DNA from: Octopus sinensis
Taxonomy: Eukaryota
NCBI RefSeq assembly: GCF_006345805.1
Contig: NC_042998.1
Coordinates: forward strand, 36,890,001 to 36,954,000
Length of the DNA: 64,000 bases
Direction: 5' to 3'
The notes beneath the pieces were generated by a model. It was given only the letters and a program-made list of their open reading frames with translations. It made no database searches and had not been told where the DNA came from. Position numbers and translations under genes: made by a program. Shown piece by piece: positions 42,385 to 55,765 of this stretch (positions within the stretch are counted from its first letter, which is position 1; every line of letters begins with the position of its first letter).

Positions 42385-42556
42385 TATGAGCATGCGCGGA
42401 TAAAGCATATGGAATTCTCATTGGTAAGAGGTGAACCTGTAAGAATACAAGGACGCCAATCCATTGCCTTCGGTACAGAAACAATATTATATGAGAATCC
42501 TGTGATACGTTGTGTCGGACATTGACGTGTCAGCTGCAACGGACATTCAGGTATGT
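42385..42556 (+). promoter_or_regulatory. Candidate promoter and non-coding first exon
   Basis: NRF1-like GCATGCGC (about 42390), CCAAT boxes at 42420 (reverse) and 42456, local CpG enrichment, and donor CAG|GTATGT at 42550/42551. No downstream exon identified. Confidence 0.2.
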
Positions 42557-42857
42557 CATCAACATTTTCATATCAGAGAAATTATAATTCGGAATTCGCG
42601 CCAGGAATTTTGAAAATAGCTCATTCTGAAATCAAACGTAATCTTCAAATCCTTGCTTTCTTGCTCTGTCGTAGGTATTAAGCTTTCTGGTGATATTGAG
42701 GATCCGCCAGTTCTTTAGATCCCAATAGGATGTTATGAGTCGGAGACAAAGAACCCTTCGAGCATGCTAGCTTTACAGATTCATAGAAAGAAATTAACAC
42801 TTTTCTATTTGCAAACCTCCGCCATATCAAGGTCACTTTTTTATCCATAAGAGATAA

Positions 42858-42957
<100 letters not shown>

Positions 42958-44094
42958 GAAGAAGAAGAAGAATAAGAATGATAATAATAATAATTATAAT
43001 AACATTAATAATTATAATAATACTAGTAATAATTATTAATAGCGACAAAAACAGTCTTCATTCCAAAGGGTAATGTTTATCCACCACATAAAGTGAATGT
43101 TTTGTTAGAACCCTGGTTACTTCTTTAATAAATGCTATTCATGCTTTGTTATGTTTTGAATAGTGTAATATTAAATAATTTCTTAAACCACATAATTATA
43201 AATTTTTGCAGACCTTTGCTTGTTTTCGGTAATTTTGTTTCATTATATATAAAGTTTGCAAACCATTTCTCCTGAAAAATGCGTTTAGCATATTTTCTAC
43301 AAGTAAAAACTATCGCCATCTTTTATAATTGCTGATAATTTCATGGGTAGATATTTTTGGCAAAATACATTTTGTTTAGTGCACCCCGAATGTATTTATT
43401 CATTATTCATTTACACATATTTGCAGGTAATGTTTTGTCGTGCGTATTTGAAGTTGGAAAATACGATTATTTTCATGTAATTACAGAACAAAATATCTTT
43501 CCATTCTGGAAGGAAAGCGATCTACACTTTGACCAGCCAATAATTTGCTGCACAACGTGTATACCATGGCAATATCTCAATTGATATTACTCATTTTCAT
43601 CATGAAATTGGAAATTATAGAATAGAATATCTCCTAGTTTATGTTTAGAAAAATGTATAAAAGTTGTGCATTTCATTACGATGCAAATTGGATGTGTTCA
43701 TTTATGAAAACTATGACAAAATGCTCCACCACAATATGGGTGGAAAATGCTGTGCACGAATCATACAATTTTCCCCGTCCTTCTAATCTTACATTATTAT
43801 GTTGTACAATGATCATGAGCGTGTTATTGAATATTAAAAAAAAAAAACAGTTTTAAATGCTGTGGAGATCTTTCCTTTCTGGATGTAATTATGAAGTAAC
43901 TGTATTGGCGAAATTTTAATACACACCGCTAGAAATGTATCACAGCAAAATTTCATTAAAAAGACGCGTTAGTGAGCAAATCATTGCAAAAAGATATTTG
44001 AAGAGAACAGTATTAAAATGTAATTATGAATTAAATATTTACCGTCACCGGTGCTTATATCTGAAAGATGGTTAAAATGGACATTACTCCTCTA

Positions 44095-44240
<146 letters not shown>

Positions 44241-44529
44241 AGACACCCATATAAATGGATGCTTGTATGCTTATAAATAGGCATCCGTCCGTCCATACAT
44301 GCATGTATACATACATACATACTTAAGTACATATGTACATACACATATATAGCATTATGTTAAACTGTATGCTTATGCATTTCTAAATTAAAATTCGTGT
44401 TTGCCTGAAAAATTGTTAATCGAAGTTATCTTCAATGTTACTCTTACATGTACACTTTTGTGACTCATATTAGTAAATGGAACGCGTGAATGGGTAACAA
44501 CAAAAATGTGTTCCTTCATTCATAGTTAT

Positions 44530-44530
44530 G

Positions 44531-44582
<52 letters not shown>

Positions 44583-44712
44583 ATATATATATACATGTAT
44601 ATATATATATATATAGATAGATATGTATATATATATGTATAAGTATATATATATATATGTATATATAAGTATATATATATATATGTATATATATATGTGT
44701 GTATATATATAT

Positions 44713-44746
<34 letters not shown>

Positions 44747-44776
44747 GATATATATATATATATATTATATATATAC

Positions 44777-44811
<35 letters not shown>

Positions 44812-44851
44812 TATTATATATACATATATACATATATATATATATACATAT

Positions 44852-44898
<47 letters not shown>

Positions 44899-44930
44899 GA
44901 TATATATATATATACATATATATATATAGA
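44530..44930. repeat. Long imperfect (TA)n tract
   Basis: Directly visible. Other TA/TG tracts occur at 3820-4020, 27020-27155, 34375-34515, 41500-41700 and 53765-53940. Confidence 0.97.
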
Positions 44931-45729
44931 TGAGTGTATGTTTCCCTTGATTACAATTAACACGGAAAAAATAGATGAATAGTTACCAGGGTAGCAAAAA
45001 TCAAAGAAGTAATAAGTTTGTAACTCCTTGTTTTTAAAAAATCGATAGAGGATATAACGTCAAAAGTAGCCTAAAGAAAGAGGAGTGGTAAAGGAAAGAC
45101 AAAACCAAATAACTGAGAAGTATATAACACGTATGTCCAGCTATGCATGTTTATCTCTAGGCATATACTTGCTTGTAACATGTTAAAATATTCAACAATG
45201 TTTTTCAAAATACAAAAATAGTTAAAAATATTGCAGTTATTCAGCACCTATCCTGATTACTTTATCATTATGGTCCCACACTCTAACTGAAATATGACAG
45301 CATATTTCCATAAACAAAAACCTACATGTTGGCTGTACACAAAGTAGTTTACAACGCAGTATAAGATATAATTTTAAATAGCATAATTTTCTAATATATG
45401 TATCTAATACGATTTAGAGAACTGAATACCTGCGGATTTAATTATTTCACTTTGATCATTGCTGATAAAATGAACAAATTCAGTTTGTGTTTTCGAGTTG
45501 ATAACGATAAGGAAATGTGGAGTATATCTCAATCATTAATTTAATATTTTACCTGAAATTGGTTTTTAATTATGACTTTACTTCTCTCTTAATCTATTTT
45601 TAAAGCAACATACACGTAATTTCTTCTTTTCTCTTTCTAATATGATTGCTTTACAAAATATCCTCCAAAAGCTGTCTAATAATAACTGGTTACATCTAAT
45701 ACATCTTATACCTAAAGTTTATTTCCAGG

Positions 45730-45905
45730 AACAAGGCCAGAACGTTATGGAAACGGGGTTAGTTGATTACATCGACTTGTGCTCGACTAATAATTAGCTT
45801 ATCGCTGAAAGACAAAATTAAACAAGCGAAATTTGAACTCAGAATGTAAAACCAGACGAAAAGTCGCAGCGTTTTCTCCGGCGCGCTAACGATTCTTGCA
45901 GTAAG
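45730..45905 (-). mobile_element. Decayed family A SINE
   Basis: GAAATTTGAACTCAGAATGTAA..GACGAAA..CCGGCGCGCTAACGATTCT matches the family A minus-strand pattern. Confidence 0.7.
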
Positions 45906-46597
45906 CTGCATTCCCATGCCTAATGGAATTAACATTTTGTAATGTGCACTTTCTCACACAAAATTATATATAATGTTTATGAAAACTAATATAATACTAC
46001 ATAACATTACGAGGTATTTTCGCATAAATTTTATTAATGGTTAATAGATGTTAAAATCGATAAAGGATCTAGATGTAAAGAATCGATAATTGATCTAGAA
46101 AAACAACCAGCGTGTAAGTAATCTGTAGTTAATGTAATTAACGAAGAGTTAATAGATTTTACTAAACGTTCAGACTATGGACTTAAATATGCACCAGTGA
46201 TGATGACAGAAATAAAATAACATTTTACATTGCGCGATCACCTTTCAGCAGAAATAGTTTGGAAGAAATCGCCGTAAAAATCTAATAACAAAACGTTACA
46301 CTTCTACAAATGACATCAATAAAGCAAAGGGAAGACACGTTTCAGTCTCCAAGTACAAAACCATCGATTGTCAATATCGACTTAAGATATAAAGTCAATA
46401 ACTGATTGTTACATCTGACCACACTTTGAGAAGAACAGCCAACGAGGTTACATATATATTCCGGTTGGCAGTGAGCAAGGACATGAATCCATTCTCGTAC
46501 AAACGCATACACACACACACGTACACACTCACACACATGTATGTGTGTGTGTGTATGTTATTATATATATATATTTGTGTGTAAACTATTCGAAGAA

Positions 46598-46922
46598 GCG
46601 GCACTCTGTCGTTTACGACGACGAGAGTCCCAGCTAATAGGATCAACGAAATAGCTTGCTCATGAAATTAACGTGCAAGTGGCTGATCACTGCACCGACA
46701 CGTGTACTCTTAACGTAGTTCTCAGGGAGATTCAGCGTGACACAGAGTGTGACAAGGATGTCCCTTTGAAATACAGTTACTACTCATATTTTGCCAGCTG
46801 AGTAGACTGGAGCAAGGAGAAATAAAGTGTCTTGCTCAAGGACAAAACTCATCGCCGAGAATTGAACTTATGGCCAATCGATCGTGAGCCGAGTGTCCTA
46901 ACCATTAAGCCACGCACCTTCA
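46598..46922 (-). mobile_element. tRNA-headed SINE (family B tail, C-type head)
   Basis: Reverse complement matches the tails of 19565-19890 and 32886-33271; tRNA-like head at 46850-46922. Confidence 0.85.
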
Positions 46923-47348
46923 TCTTCGGAGAATACATAATAATAGATGCTAATTAATATCAAATGTAGCTAACTCATGGATTATCATTCCAAAAGGATA
47001 AGCTAGATAAAATGTGATTTGAATTTATTTTCACGCTAAATTTTGACTATGTGCATTACTATTTCCTGAGTATGCTTGAATGACTAAGTTTCAATGAATT
47101 TTACTAAATGGCGGCTTCTTTCCAGTTAAATATCTTGCATCCACATCTTAACTGAAGGAAGGCCAGGGTAAACCAATGATTTTGGAATTGCACAATTTCT
47201 TGTATTTTGAACTCAATTATATTTTGGCACATCAAAACATTGGGAGAGTTGATACACTTGTAAATAGATTGTAATAAACTTGTCTTATGAATTTTATACT
47301 ATTTCCTCCAACAATTTGTCATTTTCACTCTTATTCATTTGTTATTAT

Positions 47349-47709
47349 TATTACCTAAGCCTTAGCGGAGGGAGAGGTATTGTTTTCAGTCATGTTTGTT
47401 TGTTTGTCCGTGCACAAGATATCTCAAGAACTGTTGGATGGATTTGGATGAATCTTACAGGGATGTTTGGTCTCGTGACTGGCACATAGTGATTAGAGTT
47501 TTGGATAGACCCGATACCAGACAAGGATTCTGGATTATTTTTCCGTTTTTTTTTACTTAATGTTTGAGAGCGGTCGGATTCATTATTAGTAATTTCGTTT
47601 TTGAGAGCAATCGAGTTTATTTCAGATATTTCCATTTTAAAAATCATCTTCGGCTAATCGTCGAGAGGACGTTGGCGTTGCTTTGGCGGAGTTTTGCACA
47701 CTCTGAGTG
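47349..47709 (+). mobile_element. Near-complete Helentron-associated element (HINE/DINE-1-like)
   Basis: 5' TTACCT..GCC with nearby GAGGTA inverted partner, (TTTG)n, 3' TTGGCGGAG subterminal repeat (about 47682) and terminal palindrome CACTCTGAGTG. T-rich flanks. Confidence 0.7.
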
Positions 47710-47727
47710 TTATTATTATTATTATTA

Positions 47728-47776
<49 letters not shown>

Positions 47777-47777
47777 G

Positions 47778-48958
47778 TTTTCAGTCTCATTCATTCTCAA
47801 GTGCTTGTACATTGCTTTATCTTTGCAATATTTTATCCTATATTAGCCTGACCTTCTTACTTCCAACAATACTGTTCTGTGGCATTTTTTACATACCATG
47901 CTATGATCTTTTCTTCTGCTCTAATACTGTGTTCGCATCGAATCAGTCCTCTTTCCCATTTTTTTTTGTTGGTACATGCAGTCTCTCTGTGTCACGTTTT
48001 GGGTGGAGTATCCGATATCGAGTCAGCAACTTTCTTGTCTTTCTGTCTAAGCTGTTTAGTTCGTCTGCTGTTCATGCGATTACCCCAGCTCCATATCTAA
48101 GGAATAAAACCACCCATGTGCTGGTAGCTTCAATCTTATTCCGTCCGTTTAATTTCGACTTAAAAATCAGTTTCAGTCTGCGCAAGTGAGCAGGTACACC
48201 ACATTAAATTTTTCTGTCATTTCTTTCTCCATCAATTAATACATTCCGATATCCTCAAGTACTTCTAGCCCATCTCTTCTAGCTGCTTCATAACTTCCCC
48301 CGACAGTATTGCTAGCTCATCCGTCCATACGTTTGATTTTGCCTCTCTTGAAGACTAACATAACACACTTTTTCAATCCGGCACTGAAAATATACACCGT
48401 GTCAACGAGGGAACGGACATGGGATTCATCTTTACCATACAGTTTGAGGTCATCCATGAATAACATGTGGTTGACTTTTTGAATACATACTCAACATTTG
48501 CTTTCCTCAGAATCTGTGTTAATTGTATCATGCACAGTACAAAGATCAGTTGGGACAAGCAGTCTCCTTGAAAGGTGCCTCTCCTGATTTCTATTATCCC
48601 TAAACTTCTTCCATATGCTGTGAGTTCCGTCTTCCACTTCGCCATACTTTTTCCAAGCAATCGTTCAACATTCACTGCAATACCAAATAGGTTGATACAT
48701 TCCATAATCGAAGAATGTAGGATCATACTGTACGCCTTACAATAATCGATCTATAACATGGCTAAGTTACTTTTCCTCCCTTTACACACTCTAAGTAGAG
48801 TTTTGCCTACCAGAGGTTGATCCTTGGTACTTCTGCATTTACGCTTGCAACCCTTCAGCTCATGTGGCAGGAATCCATTTTTTCTAAATGTCCGTACATT
48901 GACTCTGCGATTATTCAATTCAATAATTTCCACATATATGGCAAGAAAGATATCGACC
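47778..48958 (-). mobile_element. Dong/R4-type retrotransposon reverse-transcriptase fragment
   Basis: KGCKRKCRSTKDQ, IDYCKAY, IRRGTFQGDCLS, HMLFMDDLKLYGK, KSKLNGRNKI and LDRKTRKLL..HPK on the minus strand. TTA-type repeats on both flanks. Confidence 0.92.
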
Positions 48959-48968
48959 TATTATTATT

Positions 48969-49013
<45 letters not shown>

Positions 49014-49043
49014 GCTGTTGTTGTTGTTGTTCTTCTTCTTCTT

Positions 49044-49074
<31 letters not shown>

Positions 49075-49084
49075 TTATTATTAT
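48959..49084. repeat. Compound (TTA)(TTG)n(TTC)n(TTA) microsatellite
   Basis: Directly visible. Confidence 0.97.
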
Positions 49085-49086
49085 AG

Positions 49087-49410
49087 GTCCTTGACTGCTG
49101 TGCGTGACTGTCGCGTTGAACTGGTGGATCATGTTCCCTATTCTCCTGGCTTGGTCCCATCTGTCTAACATCTGTTCCTTGCAATGAAAATGCTCTTGGC
49201 TGGGAACCAGTATCGAAGTGATGAAGAAATCAAATCTGTTGTTGGCCCAACAAGCTGAAATCTTTTTCACCACGGATTCGGGTGCAGCAACACCAATGGA
49301 CGAAGTGTATCGACTGCGAAGGAGATTATGTTGGAAAATGAAATTCTTATGCTCTCATTGCATGAACAAAATCTTGCCTTGCTTATGTCTTTACAGCCGA
49401 CCTTCTTTTA
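49087..49410 (+). mobile_element. Mariner (Tc1/mariner) transposase C-terminal relic
   Basis: ELVDHVPYSPGLVPSV*HLFLAMK..LAGNQYRSDEE matches the mariner HPPYSPDLAPSD.HLF motif. A DYVGK-like end lies near 49323-49338. Confidence 0.8.
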
Positions 49411-50595
49411 TAATATAAAATATTTGTTCGTAATACGGTTTAATGCTAATGGCTTTCATATACATTTCAGATGTGGTTTTGACCGTTTGAGACTCACCGA
49501 ATTAACATCATATTCAAAAGAATATAAATCCTTCGAGTTGAAGTCATTGAGAAGTTTCAAGTATCCTCATATTTATTTGCCTATTGTTCCGACCATTTCC
49601 AGTTTTGTACTATGCAGTTTGTTACGTAGTCATCTATATTACGATGAATACGACTCCCGAAGCGTACTTTATGAAAATACAGTACGCCTGACTGCTGACG
49701 TCAAAATGTCTGCTGTACTTTAGCCCCCTTTGCTCTGCATATCACCATTTAAACTTGATCAACTGAAAATTAGTATTTTCTCAAATTTGCTCCTTAACAT
49801 CAATGAAAATATTTACATTACATTTATAATTTCATTTGACTAATAGGTATTAGTCAAATGATTGTATCAATCGAAGATTTCAATTAACTATATGCTTTCC
49901 GCTTGCAAATAAAAATGTTGCTGGGCTTATATCAGTGTTTGGTGGTAATTACTGAAACAAATATACTTTGAACACATATTTATGTGCAACTCGCTGATGT
50001 TTTCTTCTCACATTTTCTCTTCAAGTATTGATTTGTATAGCATTTTTTTATAAATGTTGGTTAACATTTTAGGCATAGCATAATAGGAATCAGTAATTCT
50101 TTTCTCTTATATGATATCAAACATTAAAATGAAATATTTTGCTTCCCTAGCATTGATTGTATCAGGAAATTTATATCGCATTTTAATGGAATCAAAAATT
50201 TGCTGGACAATATCTTGAGCTTTTTAAACAATATAATATGCCGAACTATTCTGATTTCGAGAAAAACAACTTCGATTATTTACAAACGCATTTGGGCTGA
50301 CTGCTGAGATACAAGGAAGTGATATTGGATTGTAAATTCAATGTTGTATATTCACTGACAAAATTGATTGCATATAACAGCCAGATACGGTATGCGTACA
50401 CTGACGTATATATTAATATATTTTTGTTGAATAGAGAATTATACTTGCTACGCATGCTTCTTTTAAAAATTACGACGCTTCGCTATTAAGTAATAAATGT
50501 TTGCTTATACACTTCACAAAATTTCTGCCATGAAGATGAAAACAAATTCACCATTCATGTAAAATCGACTATCCCTCTTTCCCACTTTTACTCTT

Positions 50596-50597
<2 letters not shown>

Positions 50598-50671
<74 letters not shown>

Positions 50672-50693
50672 TGTATGTATGTATGTATGTATG

Positions 50694-50737
<44 letters not shown>
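50598..50737. repeat. (CT)n-(TATG)n-(TCTA)n microsatellite
   Basis: Directly visible. Confidence 0.97.
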
Positions 50738-51358
50738 CCTGCTTTTTGTCTGTACTGTTTCCCTGCTTATAATTTTTGCACAGATGTAGCAATGATGAAG
50801 TGATGAGCGTATTTTGAATCAGGAGTTCAGAAAGATTACCGTTCACAATGACAAATGTCTTCATTCTTATCATAGAAATCCTCCTGCGTATATTCCCTCT
50901 TTTGGCTACGTCCTTACAAAATATGCAAGACATGCTATAAATAGTAAAAATCCACGCAATTAATTCTTGTGCCTAAAACATTACAAAGTTGGGAAATGCC
51001 TTGAACAGGAGACGATCCCACTCACTGTACACCGTATGCATTTGCAAACAATAAGTATTCTACCCCAACCCTTGTAAACAAAGCCACAGGTTACATAAAA
51101 GATTTCCTTCTCCTCGATAAATGCCTCGACAAGAACTAAGGGCCTCTTACCGCTACCACTTCGTTGCCTGTCGACTTCCCTGAGTTCCCGCACTTTCGCA
51201 GCGTTGCTTCAGTCATGTGGTGACAAACGTATGACAAACACCGTGAAAAACAAATATGATAGGTTTGTCGCTGACGTCAGCTTCGGCCCGACTGAGATAC
51301 ACGCACAAGTATTTACACACGACCATACATATACAAACACACACATACACACACACAC

Positions 51359-51435
<77 letters not shown>

Positions 51436-51436
51436 T

Positions 51437-52104
51437 GCTTGGCCGACCAGCGTGAGAGAAGATCTCTGTATCTGGAATCCTATTTTGCCATATGCTTTTC
51501 AGCAGTTTTTCAGGCAGTTCATGTAGAAGCAGTTCAGCTTTTTGACGTGACGCTCGTAAATCGTCCAAGTCTCAAAGAGTATAGAAGCGTAGGATATAGA
51601 ACCGTTCAGTGCACCTTCAATCCGGTGGTCTGTCTAATGTTTCTACTCACCCATACTCATTACACAACCCTGCAAACCTGAACTTCCCTTGGCGATGAGT
51701 GTGGCAACTTCATAGTCAATGTTCAGAAATCTGGAGAGTTTGTTGGCGAAGTACAGGAAATCATAAACAATCTTGAGAGTTACCTCTTCGAAAAGTATAG
51801 TTGGTTCCACATACGGCTTCTGCTGGGCAGGTTGGTGCATGACCATTGTCTTCTAAGGACAATGTTATTGCTGGCATTGGAAAAGTAGTTCATGCTCAGC
51901 TCTCTTTGGGTTTTGTGGCGGCATTGAGCGTGCAGACGTCTGCGAACAGGAAATCGTACACTGAGACCTCTTCCACTTTGGTCTTGGCCTGCAAGCTTCG
52001 CAGGCTGAAGTGCCTGCCATTAGTTCTAAATCTGATGCTGATGCTCATTTAATTGTCGTTGTGTAAGACATCTGACAACGTAGCTACGAAATGTAGCCAT
52101 GTCA
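51437..52104 (-). mobile_element. RTE/BovB-type LINE reverse-transcriptase fragment
   Basis: ISIRFRTNGRHFSLRSLQAKTKV..DFLFADVC, VMHQPAQQKPYVEPTI, IDYEVATLIAKGSS and WQNRIPDTEI are characteristic RTE/BovB RT segments. Confidence 0.88.
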
Positions 52105-52139
52105 TATACGCACACACGCATGCACGCATACACACACAT

Positions 52140-52230
52140 TTTACTTGTCTTAGTCATTTGGCTGCAGCCGCGCCGAGGCACAGTCTTGAAGAACTTTTAG
52201 TCGAATGAATCGACACCAGGACTTATTATA
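52140..52230 (-). mobile_element. SINE 3' end (family D)
   Basis: Reverse complement ends GCAGCCAAATGACTAAGACAAGTAAAA, like 8830-8860. Confidence 0.6.
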
Positions 52231-53205
52231 ACTTGGAGCCTATTCGCAACCTAGGAATTGTGTAGCATCACTGCTCCAGCCTTTTGTTTGTCGTTAGCTG
52301 CGGAAATGATGCGATTTCAATTACAAAAGCGTGAGATTCTCCCACTGTCACTTTGGAAGTACCACTTTTGATGTCTCCAAGATGTGTAAATCTACGATAA
52401 TCAATGAATCTATTGACTAACTAGCAGCAGATAAACAAGAGACATACTGAAGTGGAGGGACTCAGAAAACTGAAATTACTTCCGCTTTGTCTAAACTTCA
52501 TATTCTGCCCGCCTGAATCTACAGACAGTTCGATATTTTTATGACACTAACGTGTGGTACGGCCCAGCCACTACATCAAGTCTATTTTAGTATTCGCTGA
52601 AGGTCTGTAAATTAAGTGCCGCGCAACCATACTCTTCAGTCATTAGTGTATTTTTAATGAGAATGAGCTGCACGTCCATCAGACTAACTTCCTGTTTCTC
52701 ACACAATACGCACAGCGTCGGAGTAAAGTAGAAAATATTTTAGCCTGTATAGGAATGTGGACCTCCAGCATGAGAGAAAACATTTCAGAATCCTGCAGGA
52801 AGACCTAAATTAGTTTGTGTCCAGACAATAAAACGACATTCTAAATATTTGTCCAGCATTATAGCTTCTAGATAAGCGCCAAGATTTATTGTCACCAATA
52901 AACCTTGCTTCCGTTTGCCTATTGTCTTCAACCGTAGTTCATTAAATAAATTAGAACGTGGTACCTAAAGTAAAGACGTTTTAATTGTGCGTTAGTTCAC
53001 GTCATTAGATGCCATTTGAATCCTTTGACTTCAGATGTCATTTCACAGGTCCTGATTTTTATCTTGTGGGTGTCGAAATCACTTACATCACTCAGCAAGG
53101 TTCAAGGCCGCCAACCTGCGAATATGCAGCAGGTCAAATATTACATGACACTGGTAGGGGTTTCAAGCGCCCTATACACAAACACATACACACACACACA
53201 CTTTA

Positions 53206-53258
<53 letters not shown>

Positions 53259-53944
53259 TAAATACATAGCTACAATGATGCCAATATATTCAAGTTAGTA
53301 AATGGAGAACCAACTATATTCTTTATGAAACGAATTTTGATTCGTAATGAAAACAAAAATATTTAGAGCACATTTCGAATATCCTTTTCTGATTAGCTCA
53401 GAATTCATCAGATTTTTGATTACATATCAGTTATGCTAATTTTCTTTTATCGCCTATTCCTAGCAATTACTGAAATATCCTTGAGCATGAAATCGATAAT
53501 TTATGATTTGTTGAATAAATTTATTCTTGCCATTTATGATTCCCAAGAAAATTAAAAATATGAATAAAAAGGAAAAGGAATCGGTATTATATTGGAAGCG
53601 TATATTTCTTTGGAATAAAAAGCACCTGAAGTCGTTTGAAATAAAAGGTTATTAGCCACTATTAAACACTCTATGTAAGACCCCCTCTTTCTTACAACAA
53701 GATAGGAAGTATAATTTATTCAGCGTTCTTATCATTTATTGATTAAGAGTTGTGCATATCAACGTGTATATATAAATATATATATTAATACATACACACA
53801 TATATGTATGCATGTATATATATATATATATATATATAATAATATATATATGCATATGTATGTAAATATATACATGTATATTTAAATATATGTACATACG
53901 TGTATATTTGTAAGTGCATGTATATACACACATACATACATAGA

Positions 53945-54900
53945 TTTCTTGTAGTTTCAGCTCAGATCCGTGGCCATGCTGGGGCACCGCCGTTTTGCTA
54001 CACAGCTTTTACTGAGAGCCTCCTCTAATATGTGGCATTTGGTGAATAAGGGATTTTGATGTCGCTACCTTCATTTGCACCTCTTGCCTTGAGATAGATC
54101 GATCTGGTACTCTCGACAGGAAGAGGTCCAGTCTTGATTAAAAAACGCCTAGATCTACTTTGTGCAGGTTCCTCAGGCTTTTTGGAGACTATTAAAAATC
54201 TGTAGCCCCCTGAAACCCAGGCTGTTGCAGTAACTGGTCCTGAAGCGCGATGTCATTGCTGGGATCTTTGGCAGTGTACAGTGTCGACCCGTTGTGGCAT
54301 TGGTGTAGCTTTCAATGCCAAAATTTGGCACAAGTCCTTCCAGGAACTTTGAGATATATATTATTGCATACTTCTCCCACCTTCGCTCCAGGAAGTAGAG
54401 TCTTAGCTGTTTCAGCTTTTCCCAGGAGCCGAGCTGTTGCAATTAGATGATCTGTGTGAAGCTTTGCTGGATTGCTTCAAGGTTCGCTGTTAATTTTACA
54501 CTTTTGGGTGATCTTAGCTGGGAGCAGTAATTCAGGCAGCTGAGGACGAATGCCCTCCAGAGAACCATCATGGTTTCCTTATCTCTGGTTCTAAATGTTC
54601 TTAGGATCCAGCCAGTCAGTCGTCTGAAATTTGTCGCCATCCTGGCAATGTGAACTTGGAAAGAGGTATCATCACTCATGTCGATACCCAGGTCCCACAC
54701 TGATTTAGGCTCTGGGATTGTAATCCCTTCTGGACCAGTGTACCCTGTAAGTTTCATATTCGGTTTTGGATGCTGGTAGCACAGGGCTTGGAAGTTTTCA
54801 GCATTAAACTGCATACTATTATCCTCAGCCCATCTGTAAATTGAGACCAACTACTGCTGCAGATGTGCTACATCGTAGGGGTTCTGTATTTTCTGCGGTT
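53945..54900 (-). mobile_element. CR1/L2-group LINE, 5'-truncated (RT C-terminus and 3' UTR)
   Basis: DVAHLQQ*LVSIYRWAEDNSMQFNAEN..VWDLGIDMS..WILRTFRTRD..LNYCSQL and WEKLKQLRLYFLERR. The 3' end is present. Confidence 0.9.
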
Positions 54901-54904
54901 AGCT

Positions 54905-55398
54905 TCAAGCAATCCGTAGTAAATATACAAACAGCAAATTTAGGGACAATAGTGGTTTATGGAGACGGAAGGTTGTGGATTTGTTTCGTATCGAAGTACG
55001 ATAAACTGAAAGTTCTCTTGATATTTTACGTTTGGCGACCAGGATTGTTGTGTATGTGGATAAGAATACAAAAGTTAAGGAATGGAGTACATAAGATCCG
55101 GGCTACTTATGTTTCATAGCGAGTGGGACCTTAGAAGTGGTAAATATCCAAGCCAGGTGTGTACTGCAGGCTGCTCTCCTCGCCGAGGATATCTTGATTA
55201 AATGAAAGTTTACATTGTTGCAAGGAAGTACGTTTTAACACATGGAAGATTGCATCAGACAATCTAAAATTTCATTTAATCAAGACATCCTTGGCCTGAA
55301 GAGTAACCTGCGGTATACAACTCGCTTGGATATTTACCATTTCCAATGTTCCGTCTCGCTATGAAACATATGTAGCTCGGATCTTATCTACTCCATTC
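54905..55398. mobile_element. Penelope-like terminal-repeat fold-back element next to a TA-rich tract
   Basis: Inverted arms 55080-55218 and 55259-55398 with a 40-nt spacer. The segment 54905-55079 is assigned only tentatively. Confidence 0.78.
55293..55377 (+). ncRNA. Type I hammerhead ribozyme motif with enlarged stem II
   Basis: ggc-CTGAAGA(55296-55302)-(60 nt)-GAAA(55363-55366)-CATATG-TA-gct. Stem III is the palindrome ACATATGT. The mirror copy has lost the core. Confidence 0.65.
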
Positions 55399-55406
55399 TC
55401 TGTATA

Positions 55407-55437
<31 letters not shown>

Positions 55438-55439
55438 AT

Positions 55440-55721
55440 ATAATCAAAATAAGCAACAAGAATGACTCCGGTAATTTGGTACAATCGTTTCGTACTACAT
55501 CATTTTATTAAATGTTGTATTACAACAGATTTAAGATGCTGAGTACTCATCAGCCAATTATAGAGGTTTTTCCATTATAGAGGTTTTCCAAATTACCGTA
55601 GTCATTCTTGTTGCTTATTTTGATTATAATCACCCCACAAATTTTTATGGATAACACTATACAAAATTCTGGTGCATCTAAATTAAGTATCATATTCATT
55701 TGGATCTAAATTTTTGCTGAA

Positions 55722-55725
<4 letters not shown>
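55440..55725. mobile_element. Penelope-like terminal fragment with short inverted arms, between (TA)n tracts
   Basis: 40-bp inverted arms at 55440-55479 and 55588-55627, plus a small tandem duplication ATTATAGAGGTTTT(T)CC at the junction. Confidence 0.78.
55476..55557 (-). ncRNA. Type I hammerhead ribozyme motif with long paired stem II
   Basis: ttgg-CTGATGA-gtact..gcatc..tgttgta a tacaaca..gatgt agtac-GAAA-CGATTG-TA-ccaa. All three stems can form and the site is GUA. Confidence 0.8.

Positions 55726-55765
<40 letters not shown>

Noticed and set aside
44930-45165. Possible further Penelope terminus beside the long (TA)n
   Set aside because: Only a degraded AAACATGCATAG half-motif is visible, with no core or inverted arm.
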